Positions 26,231 through 37,399 of a stretch of 64,000 nt of DNA are shown here, piece by piece. A program made the translations under genes and the position numbers. Source of the stretch: Isurus oxyrinchus. Its lineage: Eukaryota. The notes under the pieces were generated by a model that had not been told where the DNA came from, searched no databases, and saw nothing but the letters and a program-made list of their open reading frames with translations. Location: the NCBI GenBank assembly GCA_026770705.1, contig JANJGN010000036.1:3286001-3350000 (forward strand), in the 5' to 3' direction. Each line of letters begins with the position of its first letter. Position 1 is the stretch's first letter.

Positions 26231-29200
26231 TTTAATGTTCAGGGTTGTTCTTGCTCCATTTCGGCCCTTCTCTCTCTCTTTATCTTCCTCTCTCATTGTA
26301 TGTTTTGCCTTCTCTCAACTCATCTGCCTGACTCTCTCTCTCACTACTCACCGGACCTCTTTTTCTTCTCTCACCCCTTCTCTCCCTCTCCCTCTCTTGC
26401 CATCCCTCTTCTCTCTCCCCTGTCTGTTTCTTTCTCTCTCTCTCTCATCCCAACACATTTCCTCTCTTTCACCCTGACTCTGTCTCTCTATCTCTCCATT
26501 TCCCTCTCTTGTCCTGTCTCTGTGTGTGTGTCTCTCTCTCCCTCTTGCCCAATCTTTCGCTCACATCCCACTGCTTTTTCTCTCTTGCATGTCTCTCTGT
26601 CTCTCCCTAACACTTGCCCCTTCCCCCTCTCTCACTCCTGCTCTGTCTCTCTCTCTTACCCTGTCTCATTCCTTCTGTCTCTCTCCAGCCCCTTTTCTCT
26701 GCCACCCTAAACCCTTAATTCTGTTTCTCTTTCTAGCTCACCTCACTCCTTTAGCTATCAAACCTTCCCATCTATCTGTCTCTCTCTATCACTACATCTC
26801 TTCTTCTGTCACTTAATCACGTCTCTTTAACTCTCTCCTTCACCCTGTCTCTCTGCCCCCTTTCCCTCTCAACCCGTCTCTCTGTCACTCTCTCTCTCTC
26901 ACCCTGTCTCTCTGTCGCCCTCTCTCTGGCCCTGTCTCTCTCTCTCTCTTTCTCACCCATTCTCTCTCTGTCTCTCTCTCATTGTCCCTCTCCCTTTCCC
27001 TGTCCCTTTTTATCCAAAATTGGATGTGAAGATGAAGGGAAAATATTTTCAGGGTGATGGAGAAAGGGCAGAGGAGTGCATTGTACAGTATGTGTGAATG
27101 TGTCTCTGTAAGTGTGTATGTGTGTTGTTGTCAGCGTGTGTCTGTTNNNNNNNNNNNNNNNNNNNNNNNNNNNNNNNNNNNNNNNNNNNNNNNNNNNNNN
27201 NNNNNNNNNNNNNNNNNNNNNNNNNNNNNNNNNNNNNNNNNNNNNNNNNNNNNNNNNNNNNNNNNNNNNNNNNNNNNNNNNNNNNNNNNNNNNNNNNNNN
27301 NNNNNNNNNNNNNNNNNNNNNNNNNNNNNNNNNNNNNNNNNNNNNNNNNNNNNNNNNNNNNNNNNNNNNNNNNNNNNNNNTATGTCTGTCGTGTCTTCTG
27401 ACGTATCTCCCAGTCTCCTGTCAATTCCTGCCCTGCCTGGTGAAGACATCTAAAGAATTCAAGTTAAATACAACCTCATTTCCCTCCCTCCCCTCTGAAC
27501 TCTGTTTCTAACCCGTGCTGTCCCAGTCCTGTGAGTGTTTGATGGGGAGAGTGTGGAGTGAGATTTACTCTGTATCTAACCCCGTGCTGTACCTGTCCTG
27601 GGAGTGTAAGATGGGGACAGTTCAGAGTGCTATTTAAGATGCTTCTAACCCTTTGCTGTACATGGCCTGAGAGTGTTTGATGTGCACAGGTTAGTGGCAA
27701 TTTTGCCTGTCTGTAATCCCATGTTGTAACAGCTCTGGGAGTGTTTAAGAAGACATTGTAGGTGGAGATTCATTCTGTATCTAACACTGTGCTGCATATG
27801 CCCTGTGAGTGTTTTATCCAGGGAGGTTAACTCTGTATCTAAACTCATGCTGTAGCTCTCCTGAGAGTGTTCGATGAGGACAATTTAGATGGAACTTTAC
27901 TCTGTATCTAATCTCATACTGTACACGTCCTGGGACAGTTTCACAGGCTAGCTTGGACAGACAGAGCTTTCCGCTGTACCAAACCTATGCAATATATGAG
28001 CTGGGAATTTTGATGGGACAGTGTAAATGGAGAGGTCTGGGATATCTTCATGTGGAGGAGATAACATCTCACATTCTCACCCAACACAAAAGCATTCCAC
28101 AAAGCAGGGCTCACAAATTGAACATGAGTTTCTGGGTTTTCTTGTTTGATTATTCCTGGTCTGTTCTGATTCTCTGATAGTTTTGTGGTGCTTATCCTCC
28201 ACATGAGCAGTCGTTCTAATCCCTGGTACCTGCTCTGCTCCAAAACACACCATCTGACTGCAATAAGGCAAGTGATACAGGGGCGTCTCAGTGAGTGAGA
28301 CATGTGAATCTTGAGCCTGATCCAGGTGTATGTGAGTGACTCCGGTTAATCCGACACTACAGAGACAGTTTAGGCGGTTTGAGTGCAATGCAGCTTTGGC
28401 AGAATGAGACCTGGATTCCAAGGGTTAAATGACAAAGTGAGGATTGCACAATCTCGGGTTGTATTGCCTGAAATTTAGCAGCATCAGGGATGATTTGACC
28501 AAGCTGTCACAGTATGAACCCTTTTCCTGTGAAACAACCTTTCGTCAGACACCTTATGGAATCCCTTTTGAAAATCCAAGTATCCATCCATCACTAGCTC
28601 TCTGTCTCTCGCTCACCCTCTGGGGCTGTATCTCTCTCACCATCTCTTTGTCTGATGTTTAAAATTTTTCTCTCACCTCATTTTGGATGTGTGGCAATAA
28701 CAATTGTGAAACAATATTCTAAATCTGCTTTAACTGTATTTACTGCGCATGTTCGCAACTTGTCAGAGACAGAAAAAAAGAGAGAGAGAAGGGGAGAGGA
28801 AGACAGAGAGGGAAGGAGAAATTGAGTTAGAAATGGAGAGGGAGAGAGAAGGGAATGAATGTGAGGGGGGAGAGAAAGAGAAAAGTACAGAGAGAGAGAG
28901 AAGGAAGTATAGACGGACGGAGAGTGAGGAGAAACTTCCATGGAAATCCCATTTTCTGATCAGTGATCTCCTTCAGAATTACAATCACATCAGTCAAACA
29001 GGATTTCCCTTTAACAAAACTATACTGGCGTCCACTGCTCAGTTCACATTGCTGAAGACTCCATCCGCCCTATCCTTAATGACAGATTCTAAAAACTCCC
29101 CCACAAATGGCGATACACTGAGAGGTCCGTGGTTACCTGGTCGTCCTTTCCCCCGCCCCTCTTAAGCCTGTCAGATCGGAAAGATTGTGTATAGTTCCCG

Positions 29201-29835
29201 ACACCTCATTACATAAAGCATCCATTGGAAGGGGCGCAGCACAGATTAACCATCGTGTTACTGGGAATCCATGGTTTAAATTACGAGGGGGAGTTACATA
29301 GTTTGGCTTCGCTGAACTGGGGATTATTAAGGGAGGATATGAGAGAGATTTTGAGCATTTGGGAAAAAGTAAAGGGGTAAATAGAGAGAAAATACTCTCT
29401 TGATAAGGGGGACGTCCAAAACCAGGAGACATGTCTTTAAAATTAATAAATCCAATGGGGAATTCAGGAGAAATTTATTAAACCAGAGAATGGTTAGAAT
29501 GTGGAATTCGCTCCCCAGGGAGCGGTTGAGTCCGACGCACAGACACATATTTCCCTATTTCTCTTTTATGTAATTCTATGTATTATTGCCTGAGCTGCCA
29601 TTATTCTCTATCAGTCCTCTCAATGTCTCTTTAAGTGTTGAATAATAATGGAGAACTCTTAAGTTCATGGCTGTATTTCATGTTTATTCGGAGCTTCTGT
29701 TCACAAACACTACAAGGTCGTTGTCTAAAGAGGGAATTTATTCCCATCCTACAAGCAGAGAGAATTTACACTGGGGACAATTCGACAGGATATTTCGAGT
29801 CACAAAGTCGGACACTCATTTCACTCGCTTCCGAT

Positions 29836-29841
29836 TTTATT
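29836..29841 (-). terminator. Candidate polyadenylation signal of the light chain gene
   Basis: AATAAA about 145 nt after the C stop codon. Further AATAAA at 29742-29737 and 29688-29683. Confidence 0.6.
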
Positions 29842-29985
29842 CAACATTCAGGTTGTTCGCCAAAACCTGACATTGCCACAGCCACTACATTGCAGTAAAA
29901 AAGAGGCACGTTTTGCACACATGGAATCTTCTGCGGAATTACAAGAAACATGAATAAATGAAACTCTAACTCCAACAAAAGTCTC

Positions 29986-30314
29986 TCAGAGTGAGCAATC
30001 GCTGAAGCTGATGGTGTTGAGAAGGGGTGAGTTCAGGGAGCCGTGGTTGACACTGCAGGAATATCTGGAGCCCTTCTTCCAGTCAGTGGCTGGGACTCTC
30101 AGGTAACTGCTCAGGCTGTAGGTTTGATCGCTGTCCGGGGACACAACGCTTGTCCTTACTCCGCTGTCTGTCTCTTTGCCATCCACACTCCAGAGGACCC
30201 GCACGAAACCCGGCTTAAAGCCACTCACCAGGCAGGACAGAGTGGCCGAACCTGAGTCTATCTCTTTCGAAGAAGGAGGGAGAAGAAGGACGGATGGCCT
30301 TCGATCCTCAGTAC
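29986..30314 (-). CDS. Ig light chain constant exon (C1-set), type I / sigma-cart-like
   Basis: CAG acceptor ending at 30315; phase-1 join with J gives Ser. TEDRRPSVLLLPPS...ATLSCLVSGFKPG...W...YSLSSYL...W...YSCSVNH...SDCSL* includes the near-terminal interchain Cys; TGA at 29988-29986. Confidence 0.96.
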
Positions 30315-31793
30315 CTGTGTGTGTGAGAGAGTACAGAAAATATATTAATATAAAGAAGACTCTGACCTTGCATTTGAAGAGAGAGAGGGGAGAATGCCCC
30401 TTAACGTATAGAAAACACTGACGTGTGTGTGAGAAAGACAGGAAGAAATTCATTACTATATAGGAGGCTTTGACCTGTTTTTATCTTTGAAAGAAAGTTC
30501 ATTTAAACACATAACACTCTTACCTATGTGCGCACGTGTGTGTGTGTGCATGTGAGAGAGAGAGAGAGACATGGAGAGATTCATTATATAGGAGGCTTTG
30601 ACCTTCCTGTGTCTTTGAAAGAAAATTCATTCAAACACATAACATTCGTATCTATGTGTGCATATGTGTGTGTGAGAGAGAGAAAAATAAATAAGTCATT
30701 AATATAGAGAACACTCTGACCTGTGTGTTTGTGTGCGTGTGTGAGAGAGAGAGAGACGGAGAGGGGAGAGAGTGAGAGAGAGAAAGAAAGAGAGAAAGAG
30801 AGTTCTGTAATATGTAGAACACTGTTGAACTGTGCGTATGCGAGAGAGGGAGGAGAGAAAATGCATTCATATATAGAACACTCTGAACTGTGTGTGTGTG
30901 TGAGAGAGAGAGAGACGGAGGGGTGTGAGTGTGAGAGAGAAAGAGAGGGTTCTGCAATATGTAGAACACTGTGAACTGTGCGTATGTGAGAGAGGGAGGA
31001 GAGAAAATGTATTCATATATAGAACACTCTGATCCCTGTGTGTGTGTACATTTTTGTGTGAGATGGAAATAGTTCATTAATATAAGGTAAGCTCTGACCT
31101 GCGCATGTGTGAGTGAGAAAAAATCTCATTAATACATAGATCTCGCTGATCTGAAATCGGACTGGACGCCAAAAGTCAATCACGAATCATTTTAACTTTA
31201 ACTTAAATTATTGATTAAAACACGTGTTCCAACAACTTCTTATTCCCATAATTCCCTGTCCAATCTTTAAATCCCTTTGCTGACATTGTAACAGTGACTA
31301 GGTGAATAATAGTTCGTTGCTTATTAATCTTTTGGGCGCCTTGGGGGGTGCTGAAGGCTCTGGAAGAAACTCAAAGAATCAGAGGCTGACCCAGCAAAAT
31401 AAGAGGTCATGCGGCTCCTCACGCCTCTGCTAGTTCTTGTAAGAGCTTTCCAAGTAGTCCCACTCACCGCCTCTGCTTGCAAAGCACTGCAATTTTTCCC
31501 TTTCAAGTATATATCGACTTACACTTTTGAAAGTATCTATAGAATCTACATCCACCTGCCTTTCTGGAAGCCTGTTCTTTCATAATTTAATTTATAATTT
31601 GACCCTGATTCTCTCGTTATTTTCTCCCGGTGCAGTTCAATTCCAAGTCTGACTCAATTAACAATTCTGGATATAAATTGATCGGATCAAAATTTACGAA
31701 ATGGGGATTTGACGTCCGCTGGAGAATGATGTCGCCTCTAAATTAATAATAATAGAAATAATGTGAGTTAGAGAGAGAGGGGGAATCACTTAC

Positions 31794-31830
31794 TTCGAAC
31801 ATTCAAGGTGGTCCCACCTCCGAAGATCCA
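31794..31830 (-). CDS. Ig light chain J segment (WIFGGGTTLNVR-S)
   Basis: FGxG motif, 12 codons plus 1 nt, followed by a consensus donor GTAAGT at 31793. Too short for the ORF track. Confidence 0.95.
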
Positions 31831-31869
31831 CACAGAGCGGCGGTGCAATCGGACGGGTCATCTGAAACT
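31831..31869 (+). other. J recombination signal sequence (23-bp spacer, non-consensus)
   Basis: Reading away from J: CACAGAG (31831-31837), exactly 23 nt, then TCTGAAACT (31861-31869; 5/9 match to ACAAAAACC with the central AAA-C kept). Complements the V 12-RSS. Confidence 0.82.
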
Positions 31870-32188
31870 CAGGCTGCGGGGAAAAGTACAGGATGAAATA
31901 TTAATAACCTCTCTTTTATCACATTCCCTGTCACATTCTGCCTTTCACATGGGCTAGAACACAGAGAACAAGAGAGATATTTCAAAAATAGCGTGAAACC
32001 CTGATAATAGTCATCGTTACTGACCAGGGTAATATTGAGAACCGCTATTGAGAAAATGCAAATTAACCCTTGGAATCTCAGTTAAATTTCTCAAGAACTT
32101 ACACAAGGAACACTTTGGAAGTTGATGACATATTCTCGGCCAGGAACACTGCAGCTGCTGTTGTAATTCTGAGCGGTTTTCTACATAC

Positions 32189-32216
32189 AGTTTTTGTATG
32201 GCTCTGTCTCACTGTG
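32189..32216 (-). other. V recombination signal sequence (12-bp spacer)
   Basis: Minus strand reads CACAGTG (32216-32210), 12 nt (32209-32198), then ACAAAAACT (32197-32189). Confidence 0.96.
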
Positions 32217-32542
32217 CACGCCTGCTGAGCTATCCCAGACCTGACAGTAATAGACGGCGGAGTCACCGGACTCCAGGCTTCCAATGGTCAAAATGAAATT
32301 GTTCCTGGAGGTATCTCTCGAAGGTTGAAAACGGTCGGTGAAGCCGGTGCCTCGAATGACGCTCCCACCTGTGCTCTGATATAGCACCCAGACGGGAGCT
32401 TCACCGGGTCGCTGCCGGTACCAGCGCACATTGAAGCTCCCCACATTCCCGTTCTGCATCCCGCACTGTAATCGGGCGGTCTGACCAGCGGAGACTGGGT
32501 CGGAAATTGGGGACTGATTGAGGACGGGAACCGCCAGGACAC
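32217..32542 (-). CDS. Ig light chain V exon, type I / NS5 / sigma-cart-like
   Basis: Pyrimidine tract and AG acceptor ending at 32543. Open frame VLAVPVLNQSPISDPVSAGQTARLQC...WYRQRPGEAP...DRF...LTIGSLESGDSAVYYCQVWDSSAGV has both cysteines, WYxQ and DxAxYYC, and is directly followed by an RSS heptamer. The isotype call comes from recalled similarity to shark type I chains, not from an alignment. Confidence 0.96.
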
Positions 32543-32688
32543 CTTCAATTAAAAAGAGACAAAAGAAAATATTCAATAATCTGGAGCAAATCTGTCGTTA
32601 ATGCATCAATAAACATGGGTCTTTACCGGACCGTTCTCGGTGTTTAACGGATTCTCTGTAATCAAAACCCACTCCTCCAATATCTGAC

Positions 32689-32737
32689 CTGTTAAATGGA
32701 GCAGCAGAGCCCACACGAGATGCAGCACTGGAGCCAT
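32689..32737 (-). CDS. Ig light chain leader exon (MAPVLHLVWALLLHLT-G)
   Basis: ATG at 32737, 16 mostly hydrophobic codons plus 1 nt, then donor GTCAGA at 32688. Phase-1 splice restores Gly (G|GT) with the V exon, the standard split-leader arrangement. Confidence 0.92.
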
Positions 32738-32840
32738 TTCCTCTGGATGAGCGCCTGCCCAAATTTCCCACTGTACCGGTTGTTGTCAACTCCGAGAGCG
32801 GCTCCGGTTCCAGTGCCAGTTTTACCGAACACTCCAGCTC

Positions 32841-32863
32841 CATTTATGTAGCAGAATGCAAAT
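32841..32863 (-). promoter_or_regulatory. Ig light chain V promoter: octamer and TATA-like element
   Basis: ATTTGCAT on the coding strand (32863-32856, light-chain orientation), then TACATAAAT (32850-32842), about 105-125 nt upstream of the leader ATG. Confidence 0.85.
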
Positions 32864-34049
32864 GAGTGGGAGCGGCCAGGGAAACGGTGCAGGCGAATTT
32901 ACATTTCGAGTTGTTTTTTTTTGGCTGGTAAAGTTATTGTTAAAATCTTAACCTTTGATTTATAAATATTTAATCTGCAATTGGAATTTCTGTTTTGGGA
33001 AGATTCCAATATTTCTAAGATCATTGCATATATATACATATATATTATGTATATATATGTGTGTATATATATATATTTCTGCCGCCCCTGAAGATTATCT
33101 CACTTCAATGTTACATCATTATTTAACAAATATGCATTTGCTTTCAAACTTATATCTCCCGCCAACCCATCCATCAAGAATTTAATGCATTTCCCTTTGA
33201 CCCCCAATTACTTGATATAAATTAGATTGAATTTCACTTTTAGAAAGACGAATCAAAACTCAGCATGGAGACATTGAGGTATACACCAGGGAGATTTGGA
33301 GTCATGGCAGAGCCTTATTGAAACATATAATATTCTAGGGACGGTGGGATTTGACAGGGCAGGTGCTGTGAGAATGCTTCCCTTTGTGGGGTCACAATTT
33401 CAAATTAAGGGGTACACAATTTAGAAATTAGATGGGGTTTCAACTGCCAGCAGTGGAGCCTGGGTCATTGGCTATGTTCAAAGCTGAGTTAGATATATGA
33501 TTGATTTACAAGGGAGTCAAGGGTTATGGGGGCAGGCAGGTAAGTAGAGTTGAAACAACAACCAGATCAAACATGATCTTATTGACTGGTGGAGTGGGTT
33601 TGAGGGGCTGAATAGCCGGCTCCTGCATGTGTTCTTATGTCCCAGAAACTTCTGACCCTGCCGTCTTTTAAGTCACACAGGGTTTGCAAGGAGAACTATA
33701 CACGTTAAAATGAAGCAATGGAAAGGCAAAATGTCATTTAAAAATATTGTGCCAACTTTTAACGACCTTGTAGTGCTTTAGAATGAGCAACTCAGGCTAT
33801 GCTGTATCAAATTCCCTCTGCTCAGTATCAGGATCTATCATGTCGCTTTCCCCCTCCCTATGCAGAGTTATTCAATCTCTCTGGGAGTTTCAACTACTTA
33901 ATTAAGAATCTGGTTTTCAGAAGATTGAAATAGCTGCTTTTCATGGAGCATTATAAAGACACCTTCCTCAGTATTGTTTTACTCCACATTGAGAGCTGGT
34001 GAATGAGATAGTTATAAGCGTTCATTTCTATCTAAGTGGAGATTGTTTT

Positions 34050-36610
34050 CCTGGTTTTTCCCTTTAATTTAGCATTTAAGTAACATTACTCCATAAGTTA
34101 GAAGTTAAGTTTTATTCCGGCCTTAAAACAGGGGTATGCCAGCTTCCTGGGAGAGCTGCAGCTATTTAATTAAGTAGCAAGATTAAGCTGGATTTCAGAT
34201 CACCGAATTAGTTGCTTTCCAGGGTGTGAGGACTTCCTCAGTGCTGCCCTGTTTGCACTGAGTGCTGCCTTGTGTGCACAGTGTGTAAAGTGAGAGTTCG
34301 TTGAGAGAGGGAATTCAGTGAAGAGGGTCAGGAGGTGATGCTATCTTTTCCTACCTTTTTTGAGCCTCCAGTAGCCGGCTCTTACTGTGGTTCAGGGGAA
34401 AAAAAAGCTGACCAACGAGTTACTGGTAAAGTATTCTGTTCTACTTATTCTAACTGTAATAAATGTTAAAGTTATGGTGTGGCAGGTCAGGTGTTCTGAG
34501 AGGAATGTACGTCCTCTCATGTGGGAAGTCAGGAACAAACCATATGTCCTTGACAAACACATCTGCAGGAAGTTTCACCAGCTGCAGAGGCTTGGGCGCT
34601 GTGTTTCAGAAGGCCAGTGCTGACTGGAGCCACTGTTGTGCAGAGAAGTGCGTGGGTAGCAGGTTTAGTGAGTTCTTCAGGCCGCAGGTTCGGAGTGAAC
34701 AGGCAGGGAGGGAATGGGTGACCGCCAGGCAGACTAAGAGAGTGTAAGAGAACCAGACAGGCAGTTCAGGAGTTCCCTGAACCTACCTTGCTTCGTAAAC
34801 TTTTTTTAAAAAATGGATGCTGTGAGGGAAATGGTTTGTCAGAGGTATGCGAGGAGACCCAAATCTATGGCAGCACAGGTGGCTGATCTACACCAGACGG
34901 GAGGAAGGAGAGTGGAAGAGCAATGCTTACAGAGGATTCTACAGCCAGGGGATCAGACAAGCCTTTCTGCTGCAGTTAACGTTACTGCAGGGAGGCGTGA
35001 TGCCTCCCTGATGCTGGGATCAAGGATGTCACGAGCAGCAGTAGGGCATCCCCTTCTGGGGGAAGGTGAACAGCCAGGGATCGTAGTCCACATTGGTACC
35101 AATGATATAGGAAGGAAGAGTGAAGAGGTCCTGAAAGCAGATTTTAGTTTTTTAAACAGGACCTCAAGAGCAGTAATCTTAGGATTGCTCCCAGTGCCAT
35201 TTGGTCATGAGCTCGGGGATAGGAAGACTGATCGATTGAATGCGTGGCAGTAGAATTGGTGTAGGAGACAGTGAAACAGACTCCTGAGGCGTTGGGACTG
35301 GTTCTGGGGCAGGTAGGACCTGTATAAACTGGACGGATTACAGCTTAACACGATCAGCACTAATATCCTGGCAGGGAGATTTGCTCGGCTGTTGGGGAGG
35401 TTTGAAACTAGCTTGTCAGGGAGATGGGGACCTGAGGGGTAAGTCAAGTTTGAAGGACATCAAGCCCGTAATGGGAAGTTGGAAATTGGCAAGTGAAATT
35501 AGAAGGCAGGTGAACGAAGGGCAGCATCAATTAAGCTTAGAATGTGGAAAAATTTGTGTCACAGACACAAACTTAATGGCTCTCTACCTGAATACACCAA
35601 ACATTCCCAAGAAGCTAGATAGTTTAAAGACTCAAATAGAGGTAAATTGGTATGATCTGATTGTCAATGCATGGCTGCAGTGTGAGTAAAATCTGGGGCC
35701 GGATTTAATATTTTCAAGTTCACAAAGCTAATTGGAAAGTTTGTTGCGAGGAAGAGGCAAAGCAGCTTCATGATGATTTGGTTAGACTTGGTGAGTGGGC
35801 AAGGACACAGCAGGTGGAATAGCATTTGGAAAAATTTCAAGTCATCTAATTTGCTTGGAGGAAAAGATGTGCTTAATATTTCTTAAATGGTAAGAGATTT
35901 GAGAGTGTAGATGTACAAAGGGCCGTGGGTCTCCCATCTAATATGTCCCTGAAGGCTCACATGTAGGAGCAGCAGGCAATTAGGAAGGCTAATGTAATTT
36001 TAGCCTTTATCACAAGAGGATTTGAGTGCAGGGGTAGTGAAGTCTTGCTTCAATTATATAGAAGCTTAGTCATATCTCACCTGGAGTAGTGTGTGCAGTT
36101 TTGGTCCTCTTACCTTGGGAAAGATGTTACTGCCATAAAAATAATGCAAACAATGTTCACCAGGCTTGTTCCCGTGATAACGGCACGATTCTATGAGGAG
36201 ATATTGGTGAAACTTGGCCTGTGTTCTCTGGAGTTTTGAATAATGACAGGTGATCTCAGTGCATCATACAAAATAGTTATTGGGGTAGACAGGGCAGATG
36301 AAGGAAAGATGTTTCCCCTGTTTGGCGAATCTAGAACCAAGGGACACAGTTTTAACATAACGGGGAAGCCACCTTGGACCAAATTAGGATATTTAAGTTT
36401 TCCTTTTAACTCCCGGGATTGTGGAACTTTAGAATTCCCAACCCAGGGGGCTGTGGAAGGTCAGTCATTGAATATGTTTCAAATACAGATTGACAGGTTT
36501 CTAAATACCAATGAAACAAAGATGTGGTGATAGTGCGGGAAAAAGGCATTGAAGTGGATCATCTGCAAAGACAGAATTGAATGGTGGAGCAGGCTTGATG
36601 GGCTTAATCC
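34050..36610 (+). mobile_element. Internally deleted CR1-type LINE retaining ORF1 remnants
   Basis: Cys/His ORF1 N-terminus (MWEV...HICRK..QLQ), SGNH-esterase motif GEQPGIVVHIGTNDIGRK, endonuclease start (LMALYLN...IEVNWYDLI), then a jump to the RT C-terminus and 3' UTR. The 5' boundary is approximate. Confidence 0.85.
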
Positions 36611-37399
36611 ATAGAACCATGGCAAAGTTACAGCACAGAAGGAAATTCTCCCCATCTTGTGCATGCCAGCCCGAGGACACCCACGTGCCCTTACTAATCC
36701 CACCTTCCAGCACCCGGCCCTTAGCCCTGCAGCTAACAGCACTTTAGATGTAGATCCAGTTACTTATTAAAAGAGTTTAAAGTTCCTGCCTCTCCCACCA
36801 ACTTGGGCAGTGAGTTCCAGACACCCACTGCACTCTGTATAAAAAAGTTCTTCCTCATGTCCCCCCTACACCTTCTGCCAAATGCAGGAGGGATTTTTTA
36901 AAAAGTGTTTGATGAATCCAATTTTGGCTCAATGATGATTGGGAAAAATTAATGTCATTTCAATATGAAATGTGTGTTTTAGGGAGGCAGAACAATTTAA
37001 AATGTGAAGCAGGATTTCCGAGAGGAACACAATGTTATCGCAATGATTCAGGGTGAGGTGTATCAGTGAATCCACATCTCTGCATTCGACAGCTCACATT
37101 TCTGTGGCACAACAAATTTATTATTAACCTAGTCAGTGCTGACGCTGGCACTTCCTGACAGTCGAAGCTTTCAGGACAGAACATTGGCTCTAATGCGCAC
37201 TGAACCTCAGGATCCACAAGGAGATTTTCCAAAAGCAGAAGGCATCATTGAGGTACTAATGAAATACATTGCATTTCTCTGCACTATAGTCCCGCAGTGT
37301 ATCATTACACAGAAGCAACTAATTCGCAAAACGATAGGTGAAAGGAAGAGCAGCAAGATGGATACAAGATTGGCTCAGATAAAAGCAGAGAATAGTAAA

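Noticed and set aside
30315-30453. N-terminal part of ORF 29986-30453 (and 32543-32576 of the V ORF) as coding
   Set aside because: Lies upstream of clear splice acceptors; intronic read-through of the ORF caller.
32175-32183. Second nonamer-like TAGAAAACC behind the V heptamer (dual 12/23 RSS)
   Set aside because: Spacer would be 26 nt, outside 23 +/- 1.
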